Assembly: GCA_951406725.2 (NCBI GenBank)
Contig: OX597820.1
Span: forward strand, 86,118,001 to 86,182,000
Source: Octopus vulgaris
Taxonomy: Eukaryota
DNA length: 64,000 nt
Direction of reading: 5' to 3'
This document shows, in pieces, positions 1-12,039 of the stretch (positions within the stretch are counted from its first letter, which is position 1; the number at the start of each line of letters is the position of its first letter). A program made the position numbers and the translations under genes. Below the pieces are notes generated by a model, which made no database searches, was not told where the DNA came from, and saw nothing but the letters and a program-made list of their open reading frames with translations.

Positions 1-212
1 GTCCACCATTAAGAAACAGGTGAATATCTCCCTGCTTTCTCACATAACAGTCACCTTGCAATATATCCATGATAGTAAATGCTGGACCGGTAGTTTACGA
101 TTAATACCAAACTAGCAAAACTTTTCAATATTTGGAAATGCTCAAAGTGCTATATCCTTCCTACATAAAAGTATACAAACACATATATTTCTATCTAGCT
201 ATCCATGAATGC

Positions 213-350
213 ATCTATCTATCTATCTAACTACCTACCTACCTACCTACCTACCTACCTACCTACCTACCTATCTGTTTATCTGTTTATACATCTGTTG
301 GCTATCAATCTATCTATCTGCCTGTCTCTCTATCCATCTATCTATCTAGA
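213..350. repeat. (TATC)n/(CTAC)n tetranucleotide microsatellite
   Basis: Direct reading of tandem units. Confidence 0.9.
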
Positions 351-399
351 TAGAGATTCAGACACAGAACAGTAATAATAACAAGAAAAGCGGGTGGCC

Positions 400-905
400 A
401 TGGACATGTACAACTGGAATTAAAAATGAAGATTGCCACAACTGGCCAAAACACCTAAAATCTTTGATGACTGGATGTTAAAATTGTCTTAAAACATGAA
501 AACAAGAAAACATCATACTAAGTAACAAAACAGGCAAAGAAATATCTTAGTGAATTCCAAGTACAACAAATCCCAGAATTAGACGTACTGGAAACAAGCA
601 CAGTAAAAACTAAGCGTATGAAAACCTGTGCTAAAACTGCTGCCTGAGTTATTGTTACTGATAAATGGTAAGAAAAACCTCTGAATGGCAAAAACCGAAA
701 GAGAGCTAATAATGCCGATGTTGACAAAACCCTTACTCATCAATTGTTAGTGTCTTCTGGTTTAAAATCAGAGACAGAAGGATTTATCATAGCAACCCAA
801 GATCAATGCCTACACACAAGGAGCTACCAGGCCAACATATTAAAAACGGCAGTAGCCCAACATATCGCGTATGTCAACAACAAAAGGAAACCTTCAATCA
901 TGTTA
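400..905 (+). mobile_element. R4/Dong-like (RLE-type) non-LTR retrotransposon fragment, post-RT region
   Basis: Translates to W-EKPLNG...GLKSETEGFIIATQDQCLHTRSYQANILK, a motif typical of R4-clade ORFs; closely similar to 18287-18430. Confidence 0.75.
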
Positions 906-1117
906 AACGAAACACCTGTGTTTCTAGGGATGAATTATCCAAAGAATTCCTCTCAGAAACATGGCTATGATGCTACCCCACTACTTCTGCTCGTGATTAG
1001 AGATGCATATATCGTCAGCTACGAAGGGACATTCTCAACTGGTTAAAGTCAAACAACTGACAAGCAAATCTGTGGTATTGAGCAGAATATTTGCTGCAGT
1101 TCATCTTTTATAAATAT

Positions 1118-1119
1118 AC

Positions 1120-1177
<58 letters not shown>

Positions 1178-1242
1178 CATTATTATTATTATCATTATTG
1201 TTATAATCATTGTGGTTGTTGTTATTTTCTTTGTCATTATTA
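1118..1242. repeat. (TAT)n microsatellite
   Basis: Direct reading. Confidence 0.95.
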
Positions 1243-2025
1243 TAAATCCCATATATTCACAAAACGCCTTGCGAAATACTGCTACCAAGTTTGCCTGGTC
1301 GAAACAGTAAATCATTTTGCCATTTATCAAACTGGTAACAACAACAAGAGTCTTTAGTCACTGAGTTGGAGGTTACTAACATTTGAATGAGCACGTACAT
1401 TTAGAAAAAAAAGGAAGAGAAATAAAGGGTGATAATTATCTGCACAGCAAATATAATCAGTGTTTTATAAATATCAAAAGTTACATAAACCAACAGTGGA
1501 GTTGCTTTATGATGTAACAGTTGCTTTATCTTTTATTCCTGGTTAGATGAATTTTGCAATAAACGGACATGGTGGACGATCTCTCTTCTAGTATATATGC
1601 TATCCCTAGGCTTAATTTTGTTTGGTGTGGAGGATTCGGTTTTTTTAACATGCATAGCAAATATCATTTTGACCCGTGAATATAAGATTTGGCTTTTGAT
1701 AGGATATTCCATATATTTGTAATTGATGCTACTCGTCCTTAAGTATTGAAGATTGATGTCGATGGCATTGCTGCATGTCTCGTCTCTGAATGTGTAATGG
1801 TTAAAATATGATTGCGGCGATTGCGGATTCTGAATTGAATTCTTTTTTTCCATGGACCCTTTGGTCTTTGTCTGGCTTTTTGTGCGTTTTTTCTTTATTA
1901 AATTAATATCTTTAGTTCCTTAACTGATGGAGTACAAATAATATATTTTGAACTTCAGACCACGTACGCAAGCACGCACGCACACACACATACACACACA
2001 TATATTCATATATGTATATGCATAT

Positions 2026-2450
2026 AGGCGCAGGAGTGGCTGTGTGGTAAGTATGTTGCTTACCAACCATATGGTTCCGGGTCCAGTCCCACTGCGTGAC
2101 ACCTTGGGCAACTGTCTTCTACGTTAGCCTCGAGTCAACCAAAAGGTTGTGAGTGGATTTGGCAGACGGAAACTGAAAGAAGCACGTCGTATATATATAT
2201 ATGTATGTGAGTGCGCGCGCGTGTGTGTGTGTATGTTTGTGTGTATGTGTTTGACCCCCAACATCGCTTGACAACCGATGCTGGTGTGTTTGCGTCCCCG
2301 TCACTTAGCGGTTCGGCAAGAGAGATTGATAGAATAAGTACTAAGCTTACAAAGAATAAGTCCTGAGGTTGATTTGCTCAAGTAAAGGCGGTGCTCCAGC
2401 ATGGCCGCAGTCAAATGACTGCAACAAATCAAAGAATAAAAGAATAAGAG
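2026..2450 (+). mobile_element. tRNA-derived SINE family A (octopus OK/OR-like, CORE-like centre), full length
   Basis: A box TGGCTGTGTGG, B box GGTTCCGGGTCC, CORE-like ACCTTGGGCAA, internal (TA)/(TG) tract, (AAAAGAAT)n tail; more than 10 copies in the window. Confidence 0.9.
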
Positions 2451-3349
2451 AATGAAGAATATATATGTATATACATATATGTTTATATATTTTAATAAAA
2501 CACTAAGGATAATAGCGGTCCACTCTTCTCACGTATTCAAAATATTTTCCAGCAGTATAATAAAACAGGTCCTTCTGTATCTAGTTTGTTTTGTATTAGT
2601 CAGACAAGGAAAAAGAGTGAGAAATCTTGAAATTAGAAGGCTTGCCTGATTAAAGTTGTAAGTTATTGCTTAGTGAAGGACGGAGAGCTTTTAAAACTTT
2701 GAGTTATAAAATAGTCGTTAACTGATGTTTTTATTTCTTGTTATGTGATTATTTCTTGTGATTTAACACGAAACAAGTAGAATTTATCGGCTGGATGACG
2801 CATTTCATCTAACAATATTGCGCTGCTTACTATTATGTGTCACATTTCAGTGATATTTGATGTATATTATTATTTTTCATGATGAGTTAGTGCGAGGATG
2901 ATTACAATTATATAGTAGAATATGCTAATTGCTAAAAATATTTTATAAAAACTACCTAATTTTCATAAAAAGTAAACTTAATATTGTACCTCAGTATAAG
3001 TGAACATATTTAATTCTTCCTAATAAAACAACTAAAGTGACTATATTAAGCTAATTTATTATTCTATTATGTGCAATTTTTATACATTATATTGTTAAAA
3101 TTTGAAAATTAGTTCCTGAAAATAACAGCGTGATATGCAAATTTTAAAAGCTGTTATAAAATCAACGCCCGAATCACAGATACGGTGGACACCATTCATG
3201 CGAAATGCAAATTTGTTTTAAAAATATAGCCCAGTATTATACAATATGTAAATTTTACTGATTGATATTTGTGGCTCGCTTATTTATTATAGCAATTTTG
3301 CAGTAATTACTTTCGTACCTTTTCTTTTTCAATATTCCTTTGACGTATG

Positions 3350-3490
3350 GTTTCAAATCCCGCCGGGGTCGACATTCCCTTTTATTCTTTCAGGGTTCGA
3401 TATATTAAGTACCAGTTGAACACTGGGGTCGATATAATCGATTAGCACCCTTCCCTCAAATTCCTGGCATTATCTCAAAAATTGAAACCG
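3350..3490 (+). mobile_element. SINE family B, degraded
   Basis: GGTTTCAAATCCCGCCGGGGTCGAC...AAGTACCAGTT...CACTGGGGTCGAT matches 53507-53660. Confidence 0.75.
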
Positions 3491-3983
3491 ATATTTCTTC
3501 GATGCATAGTGAAGTGATATGGGTATTTCGTTCAGGGTTGTACAGTTGTGAATTCGCTTCCTGAACAGATTGTTTCATTGTGTTATGCAGAAAGAAACTC
3601 ACTTGTAAATTGTACTTACCGGAGGTGGTGGAGCGCTCTCTTCTTGCAGCTATGATATCCTGGATGTGCCACTTTGTGTTTGTTAGCAGGGCCCAGAAGA
3701 CGACTGCATGAGACTTTCGTCATCGAAAACAATTACCGAATGCATGGCGCGTGTTATCAAGTCATAGTAAGTCTCGAGTGGCGTCTGGCTTTAATGTGTG
3801 TATGTCAATGTGAACGAAAATATTTGACTTACAATAATGGAATATGACTAATATAACTTATTCTTTGTACTTGAATAGATATTAACTAATATAAGTTAGC
3901 TAATCCGTGTAGCAATATTTTATATGTAATGAACCAAAATAAGTTTTTGTGTACATTTGCGTTGTATTACATTGAGTGACTGT

Positions 3984-4081
3984 ATGTGTGTGAGTTTGCG
4001 CCTGTGTGTGTGAATTGCTGTGCGCGTGTGTGTGTTTGTGTGTGTGTGTATTTGTGTGTGTGTGTGTGTATGTGTGTGTGT

Positions 4082-4122
<41 letters not shown>
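3984..4122. repeat. (TG)n microsatellite
   Basis: Direct reading. Confidence 0.95.
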
Positions 4123-4124
<2 letters not shown>

Positions 4125-4917
4125 TAAGAGTGATTCAGAAAGCAGAATGTTTAAGAAAGTGTAGACGAAATTATAAGACTAAAATTGGTTAGGTTTACCA
4201 TTTAGGGTCACACATTGTAGTTACACATCAATCATTGTCCAAAAAGAATCTGTCCAATACTGACCATAGGACACAGTTCTTCCTTCTAGTTGCTGTGGTT
4301 AGGCTTATGCCAACTGTAGACGACGTAAAATTTTGGTGCAATAAATCAATCACTCTCTAGCAAATAGGGACCCTCAAAAATGCTCAAATGAGGATCGTGT
4401 AGTAATCGAACATTTGAGACGATGAGGCTGCTGCACAGTAAGGCATCTTAGATCATAATATACAGTAAGAACCCTCTTGTCTGATTGTATGCAATTAACC
4501 AAAGATAAGTTGCAGCCTCTGTCTCACTATTTTCTCGTTCTCATTCATAACTCACGTTTCTTTCTTCTCATCACTCATGTGCGAAATACAGCGGTTCCTA
4601 CAATAGCACGAGGACCAGTCCGTCGTCCTCAGAACGTTGGCTCTTGGGGTCTACTTCATTCATGACGACTTTTCTTGAAATTGTTGCATTTTTAACAATT
4701 TAAGCACAATGCATATATTATTAACCTAGTCTGTGTGGCATTGCATGTGATGACCTTGGACACAACCAAACAGCATATCACGTGTGTGTGTGAGAGAGAG
4801 AGAGAGAGCGTGACTATGTGAAGTATAATTGAAGATTATTCTTGTCCTGTCAGTTAGTCTTTCCAGTATCAAAGTTATTTTTCCATTCCTTTCTTCAATG
4901 TCGCTGAAAATTCAAGT

Positions 4918-4919
<2 letters not shown>

Positions 4920-4960
<41 letters not shown>

Positions 4961-5024
4961 TTCTTTCTTTCTCTCCATCTTTCTCTTTCTCTCTCTCTCT
5001 CGCTTTCTTTCTTTCTCTCCATCT

Positions 5025-5075
<51 letters not shown>
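4920..5075. repeat. (CT)n microsatellite with duplicated interruption
   Basis: Direct reading; CGCTTTCTTTCTTTCTCTCCATCTTT occurs twice. Confidence 0.95.
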
Positions 5076-5080
<5 letters not shown>

Positions 5081-5159
5081 GCATGTACTCCCATGAAACA
5101 TGCATACTTCGATACAGAGAGCTTGTTATACACACATATGTATACATAATATATTTGCG

Positions 5160-5597
5160 CTCAAATATTGGCTCAAGGTTAGAAATTTGGGGGTAGGGAA
5201 AGAGTAAGTCGACTACATCGAGTCTAGTGCCCAACTGGTATTTATTTTATCGACCTCCATAGGATGCAAGGCGAAGTCTTCCTAGCCGTAATTTGAATTC
5301 AGGTCGTCAGAGCGGACGAAAGGATAGTAAACACTTGTGTAGCGTGCGGACTATTCTGTCATCTCGCCGCCTTATACTTGCATAATATATTGGTTTCAAA
5401 TTTTCGTACAAAGGTAGCAATTACGTGGGAGGAGGCAGGTCGATTAATTCCACCCCAATGCTCAACTGCTACTTATTTTATCGATCTCGAAGGAAAAGTC
5501 GACATCGATGAAATTTAAACTCAGAACAAAGAGATGGACGAAATGTCGCTAAGCATTTTTTCCGGCATGTTAATGCTTCTGCTTGTTTTCCACCTTG
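5160..5597 (-). mobile_element. Two tandem degraded SINE family B copies
   Basis: Reverse complements of family B (ACTGGTATTTATTTTATCGAC...; ...TCTCGCCGCC) at about 5160-5372 and 5390-5597. Confidence 0.75.
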
Positions 5598-6420
5598 CAT
5601 ACAATATTGATACGCGTAGGTGGTTACATACACAATAATTGTATCAAATGGCAACTCTGATGTAATGACATTTAACCTTTTCCTCATTCAATATTATATT
5701 GAACGTTTGGTGTATTCCCTATTAATTGCCAATATTCACTTCCTCCTTGTTTGTTACCTGCTTTTAATTGGTTTCTCTTACTCTCTCTCTCTCTCTTTTC
5801 TCTCTCTCTCTCGCTCTCTCTCCCGTTCTCTGACTTTATATGTAGAGAGTGATACACACACATACACATACAAACACTTACGTATATATATATATGTTGA
5901 GAGAGAGGGAGAGAGAGATATAGGTAGGCAGATAGATATAGCGAGAAATACATACAAAGAGAAAGAGAGAGACCTGCAGTTCCGATTCATATGCTTGTGT
6001 TATCTCATAATCTTCTTGCAGCCCCTTAGACTTAAGTTATCTACTTCTGTAATGAAATATTGTTCGTCCGTACGTTTCTTTGTTGCGAACTTACTCTCCC
6101 TTTCTTATATAACGTCTATTTTTCTATTGTGTTTATATTACCGACGTTATTATAATATGTAGCTCAGAGCGTGTTTGTGTGCGATCTATGTAGACTTTTA
6201 TTGTAATTGTTATGCAAGTTGCTCTTTTTATTGTCATTGTTTTATTTGTTTCTTTTTTGATGATAACGTTCGTGTTATTGCCATTGTTAGCCCTCTATCC
6301 AACGACTCTTGATCAAATTCATTCCATTTCTGAGCAATCCACCTTTTGTAAAATATGGAATTACATAGTCTGCATCGAAATGCGGAGTAGAGGAAACAGG
6401 GAAAACTGAAGAAGGAGAAC

Positions 6421-6669
6421 ACTGGGGCGACTGTACCTAGCTACCGGCCCATAGTCGACGCTATGGCGACCAGAGCTCGCTCTGGGCGACGTTGGGGCAG
6501 CTGTACACAGCTACCGGCCCACAGTCGACGCTATGGCGACCAGAGCTCGCTCTGGGCGACATTGGGGTGACTGTACACCGCTACCGTCCCACAGTCGACG
6601 CTATGGCGACCAGAGCTCGCTCTGGGTGACATTGGGGCGACTGTACACAGCTACCGGCCCACAGTCGAC
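6421..6669 (+). repeat. GC-rich 70-bp tandem repeat, about 3.5 units
   Basis: Units start at 6421, 6491, 6561, 6631 (TGGGGCGACTGTACACAGCTACCGGCCCACAGTCGACGCTATGGCGACCAGAGCTCGCTCTGGGCGAC). Confidence 0.95.
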
Positions 6670-6727
6670 CAGATAAGGTTGACGCCACCAGAGGAACTAA
6701 TGAACAACGTTAGGAAGAAGACTAAGA

Positions 6728-6979
6728 ATGCAGGTGGAGGGAAGACCGCATGAGTGTTACGAATGTGGCGAAAAAGGACACATGAAGGCGAGATGCCCAC
6801 GAAAAGAACAGAGAGAAACTACAGAAAAGGTCGATCAGGCAGTAACAGGTGAGAATAATGAGACAACAGCGGTAGAAGAATTCACACTAGTGGAAAGAAA
6901 AAGAAGGGGGAGCGGTAGGGTAAGCCCACCACCGACTAATCAGAAAAAGAAGAAAGAAGAGATGGAAAAAAAGAGGTAA
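6728..6979 (+). pseudogene. Retroelement ORF1/gag-like fragment with CCHC zinc knuckle (L1/Tx1-like)
   Basis: VEGRPHECYECGEKGHMKARCP = CX2CX4HX4C, followed by a basic tail; no ORF2 before the (CA)n tract at about 7100. Confidence 0.7.
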
Positions 6980-7097
6980 CGAGAAAGAAAGATGATAAAA
7001 GTGAGACGGAAAAGGAAAGGGAAAAAATAATTGAGACGATGTGTGAAAAAGAGTCAGAGAAGTGAATCGAACGGCTTTTGTGTGTTTCTTAAATGGC

Positions 7098-7202
<105 letters not shown>

Positions 7203-7289
7203 TAAAAGACCCCCTTCATATATATACGACTGAGTCATATATATATATATATATATACGACTGAGTCATATATATATATAAATATATAT

Positions 7290-7531
7290 GGAGGCGCAAT
7301 GGCCTAGTGGTTAGGGCAGCGGAACCGCGGTTTCGATTCCCAGACCGGGCGTTGTGTGTGTTTATTGAGCTATAACACCTAAAAGCTCCGGCAGGGAGTG
7401 GTGATCCCTCTTCCTTCTGTTGGCCTGCTCGATTAGCAAACGGGGTGGCGTCATTCGAAGGCTAAAACAATGCGAACGCATTGTGACCAACAATGTGTAA
7501 CAACATCTGATGGTCTGGTCGGTCACGTGAT

Positions 7532-7538
<7 letters not shown>
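7290..7538 (+). mobile_element. tRNA-derived SINE family C (internally deleted)
   Basis: GGAGGCGCAATGGCCTAGTGGTTAGG head, GGTTTCGATTCC B box, (CACGTGAT)n tail; homologous to 44080-44392. Confidence 0.85.
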
Positions 7539-7562
<24 letters not shown>

Positions 7563-8039
7563 ACATAGTTCTTGAACCGGTACTTCAAGTAACGACTATG
7601 ATAGGGTAACTGACTGCTTATTGTGATCATTTGTCTTTTGTTTTCCTGTAGCTTTGCTGTCTTTTACTAACCCAGTGAACATTATATTTCCTATTTCAAA
7701 GAAATTCAAACAATAGATATAAGACCCAAGTTAAAAAGATATTCAACAATTCAACTTCTCTGGTTGACATTAAGATGCCCACCCCCAACAGGGGCCTTAA
7801 CTCTCACATTTTAGAGCCCCATGACCTTGAGATTTTAGGAGCAAAATCTTTTTAACAGGTTCAATAACACTGGAATTTTGGAATATGCGCATAAAAATGA
7901 GTAGTATGGGATACATGTGGCACGATTACAATTTTTTTAGGGTGTGTAAAGAGGGAAATAACCCTCATCTGCAATTTTGATGAAATTCGAAACGAAAATA
8001 TTCCAGTTCATTACAGAAAATATAACAAAAAAGTATAAT

Positions 8040-8083
8040 TCTTCAATTGAATGTAACCGGGCAACGCTGGGTATCTCTGCTAG
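8040..8083 (+). mobile_element. Helitron 3' terminus
   Basis: CCGGGCAACGCTGGG hairpin then CTAG|T, as at 59489 and 60288. Confidence 0.65.
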
Positions 8084-8133
8084 TATATATATATATATAT
8101 ATATATATAGGTATATATATATCGGTCACATAT

Positions 8134-8257
8134 AAGAGACCGATAGAATAAGTACTAGGCTTACAAAGAATAAGTCCTGGAGTCGATTTGCTCGACTAAA
8201 GGCGGTGCTCCAGCATGGCCACAATCACATGACTGAAACAAGTAAAAGAGTAAAAGA

Positions 8258-8300
<43 letters not shown>

Positions 8301-8630
8301 CTCCAGGACTTATTCTTTGTAAGCCTAGTACTTATTCTATCGGTCTCTTTTGCCGAACCGCTAAGTTGCGGGGAAGTAAACACACCAGTATCGGTTGTCA
8401 AGCGATGTTGGCGTGGGGGTCAGACACACAAACACATACATATATATATATACCTATATACGACGAACTTCTTTCAGTTTCCGTCTACCAAATCTACTCA
8501 CAAGGCTTTGGTCGGCCCGAGGCTATAGTAGAAGACACTCACCCAAGGTGCCACGCAGTGGGACTGAACCTGGAATCATGAGGTTCGTAAGCAAGCTATT
8601 TACCACACAGCTATTTACCACACAGCCACT

Positions 8631-8632
<2 letters not shown>
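8134..8632. mobile_element. SINE family A split into inverted pieces (3' part + at 8134-8258; body - at 8297-8632)
   Basis: Matches to 2026-2450 on both strands, separated by (TA)n. Confidence 0.85.
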
Positions 8633-8695
<63 letters not shown>

Positions 8696-8758
8696 GTACA
8701 TGTAGAGGTAGGTACGTACATATATGTTTATATATATGCATATGTTTTATTTTATTTA

Positions 8759-8796
<38 letters not shown>

Positions 8797-9372
8797 GAGA
8801 GAGAGAGAGAGAGAGTGAGATACATAGATACATACATACATACATATTTACATACATATATACATATTCCCGTGTATGCATACACACACTTATATTTATG
8901 CATATGCATTCGTTTTTTGTTTCCTTTTCTTTTCACATTACTTTATTCTACATGTTAAGAAATATATATGACAGGGTTAATCAACTTTCGATCTATTTAA
9001 TAAATTTGCAGAGACCTGATCAACGAGATAAGTTTCTCTCATGCAGTTCTCGCTGGATTTATAAACAGAGGAAAATTTTATCATAATATTTATTTTATTT
9101 TTTTATTTTATTTTTTTTCACTTACAGTTGTATTAATGGTATGTAGTTCAAAATGTCAGAGCTGTGTGTAGTTTTAGAAATCAGTTAAGTTGTTGTGTGA
9201 AAGGAAATAAAATTACGAACGATTCTTGGTCATTTGCTCAAAGTCAGGTTTGGCTAGAGAAAAAAAAAATTAAAATTGAAATAGACAAACTCATATTACT
9301 TGCTCCGGAAAAATCCCACCTCCAATTCTGGGGTTCGTCTCATGGCTGCATACAGTGGGGACGCATACACAC

Positions 9373-9418
<46 letters not shown>

Positions 9419-9506
9419 CACAATCAGACACAGGCTTACACGCCCACATATATATACATATAAATAGATAATATATATTTTATATATATATATATATGTG
9501 TGTGTT

Positions 9507-10305
<799 letters not shown>

Positions 10306-10917
10306 ATATATGTATATACACACATATTTGTATATATATATGTATATATTTATATATATATATGTGTGTGTATATATGTGCGCAAATACTTTTGTGTGCA
10401 TCAACAAAAAAATGTATGAAATGATAACTAGAGACAGACCATTATACAATGTCGCACGCAGAGACGTATGTATATATATATATATATACATACATATATA
10501 TACACACACACATATATGAAATATATGTACATGTGTGTGTGTGTACAAGAGAGAAAGAGACCAGAAACGCATAATATATTTAACACTGTTAGACTGTATA
10601 TGCGATGCCTTAGCCATTCTATTTAGATTGTTTAATAAAGAATTATCTTTGTATGTAAGCTTTCGGAGCAAGAGAGAATAGATTTAGGTGTTTCAATATA
10701 AACTGCGATGATTTATGCCCGGCCTTTACTCTCCTTTACTTATACAACAACAGCAACATTGGCGGTATATTTAAATTAACCTACAAGACAAGAAGTGCGA
10801 GTTATCTGGTGGAGTGTTTACTTGACTTTACTGTTCTTTAATGTATGAGTCATTTCAGAGTTGATTGGATACCTTTTGATTTATGTATCTCGTGAACAGT
10901 GAAATTGGTATACAAGT

Positions 10918-10971
<54 letters not shown>

Positions 10972-11043
10972 GTTGCATATATCTATTTGTGTGCATGTAT
11001 TTATATACATATATGCAATGCACGTGTGTATATATGTGTATGT

Positions 11044-11112
<69 letters not shown>

Positions 11113-11273
11113 TACATAGATATATATATATACATATATACATATATGTAGATGTGTTTGTATATGCGTGTGTTTGTGTGTATGTATGTATATGCAGGCA
11201 AATATAATGAGTGTACGTACATATTAAACCAATATCTCTCACCAACCAATCTCTAATACTATCTCTCTTTCTT

Positions 11274-11313
<40 letters not shown>

Positions 11314-12039
11314 GCTCACATACACTAAAACCCAAAACTCTAAGTAACCAACGCCGCTGTGGTCTACATTTGCATACTTCTGTCCACATACATACACTAG
11401 CCTGCCACACGGTTACACCAATAGCCCACTTCCAAATAAAGATACACTCTCATACTTGCATGAACACAGCCGTGCCATCCACCTTTTGAATACTCTCCCC
11501 ACAAGAGCATCTTTCCTAACATTTCACCATCTTTTTACACTGTCTGCTTTTCTTGATCACACCTATGTTACTTCCTTTTTTTTTTTTTTGATGAAGGCCA
11601 AAGATCCGAAAATTTGAAACCGTTTCTCTTTCTAGTTAAATATTAAGCTAATAACTTTTCTGTCAAACTTTGTTTGACAGATAAGGTATTAACTTAACAC
11701 TTTCAGAGAATTCAAGCGCATGGACAAATTTCAGAAGATGCAAGCATATGGACAAATTTCTTTTGTGAACTTTTGGATGCAACCCTCTCTGGTTCGAGCA
11801 ACTGACTCACAGGCTTCAGGAATCCTCACCTTTGAATTATGAAAGAACCTCTACGACCACTAATTTCAGCTGGTGTCTCATAAAAATATAGATGATTGCT
11901 TACAGAACCTCTTATAATGGACTGCCCGATAAATGTGTTCGATTTTTTTTATTAATCATTTATTTTAATCTTTACAAGTATCATTTGAATTGACACGAAA
12001 AACGTTATCATAGTCGTATTTTTCGGAGTTTCTTTGTGT

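Noticed and set aside
3649-3765. Plus-strand coding exon (CTTCTTGCAG...GTAAGT)
   Set aside because: Stop codons in all three frames
6421-6669. CRISPR-like array
   Set aside because: Units are contiguous with no unique spacers; eukaryotic context; no cas genes
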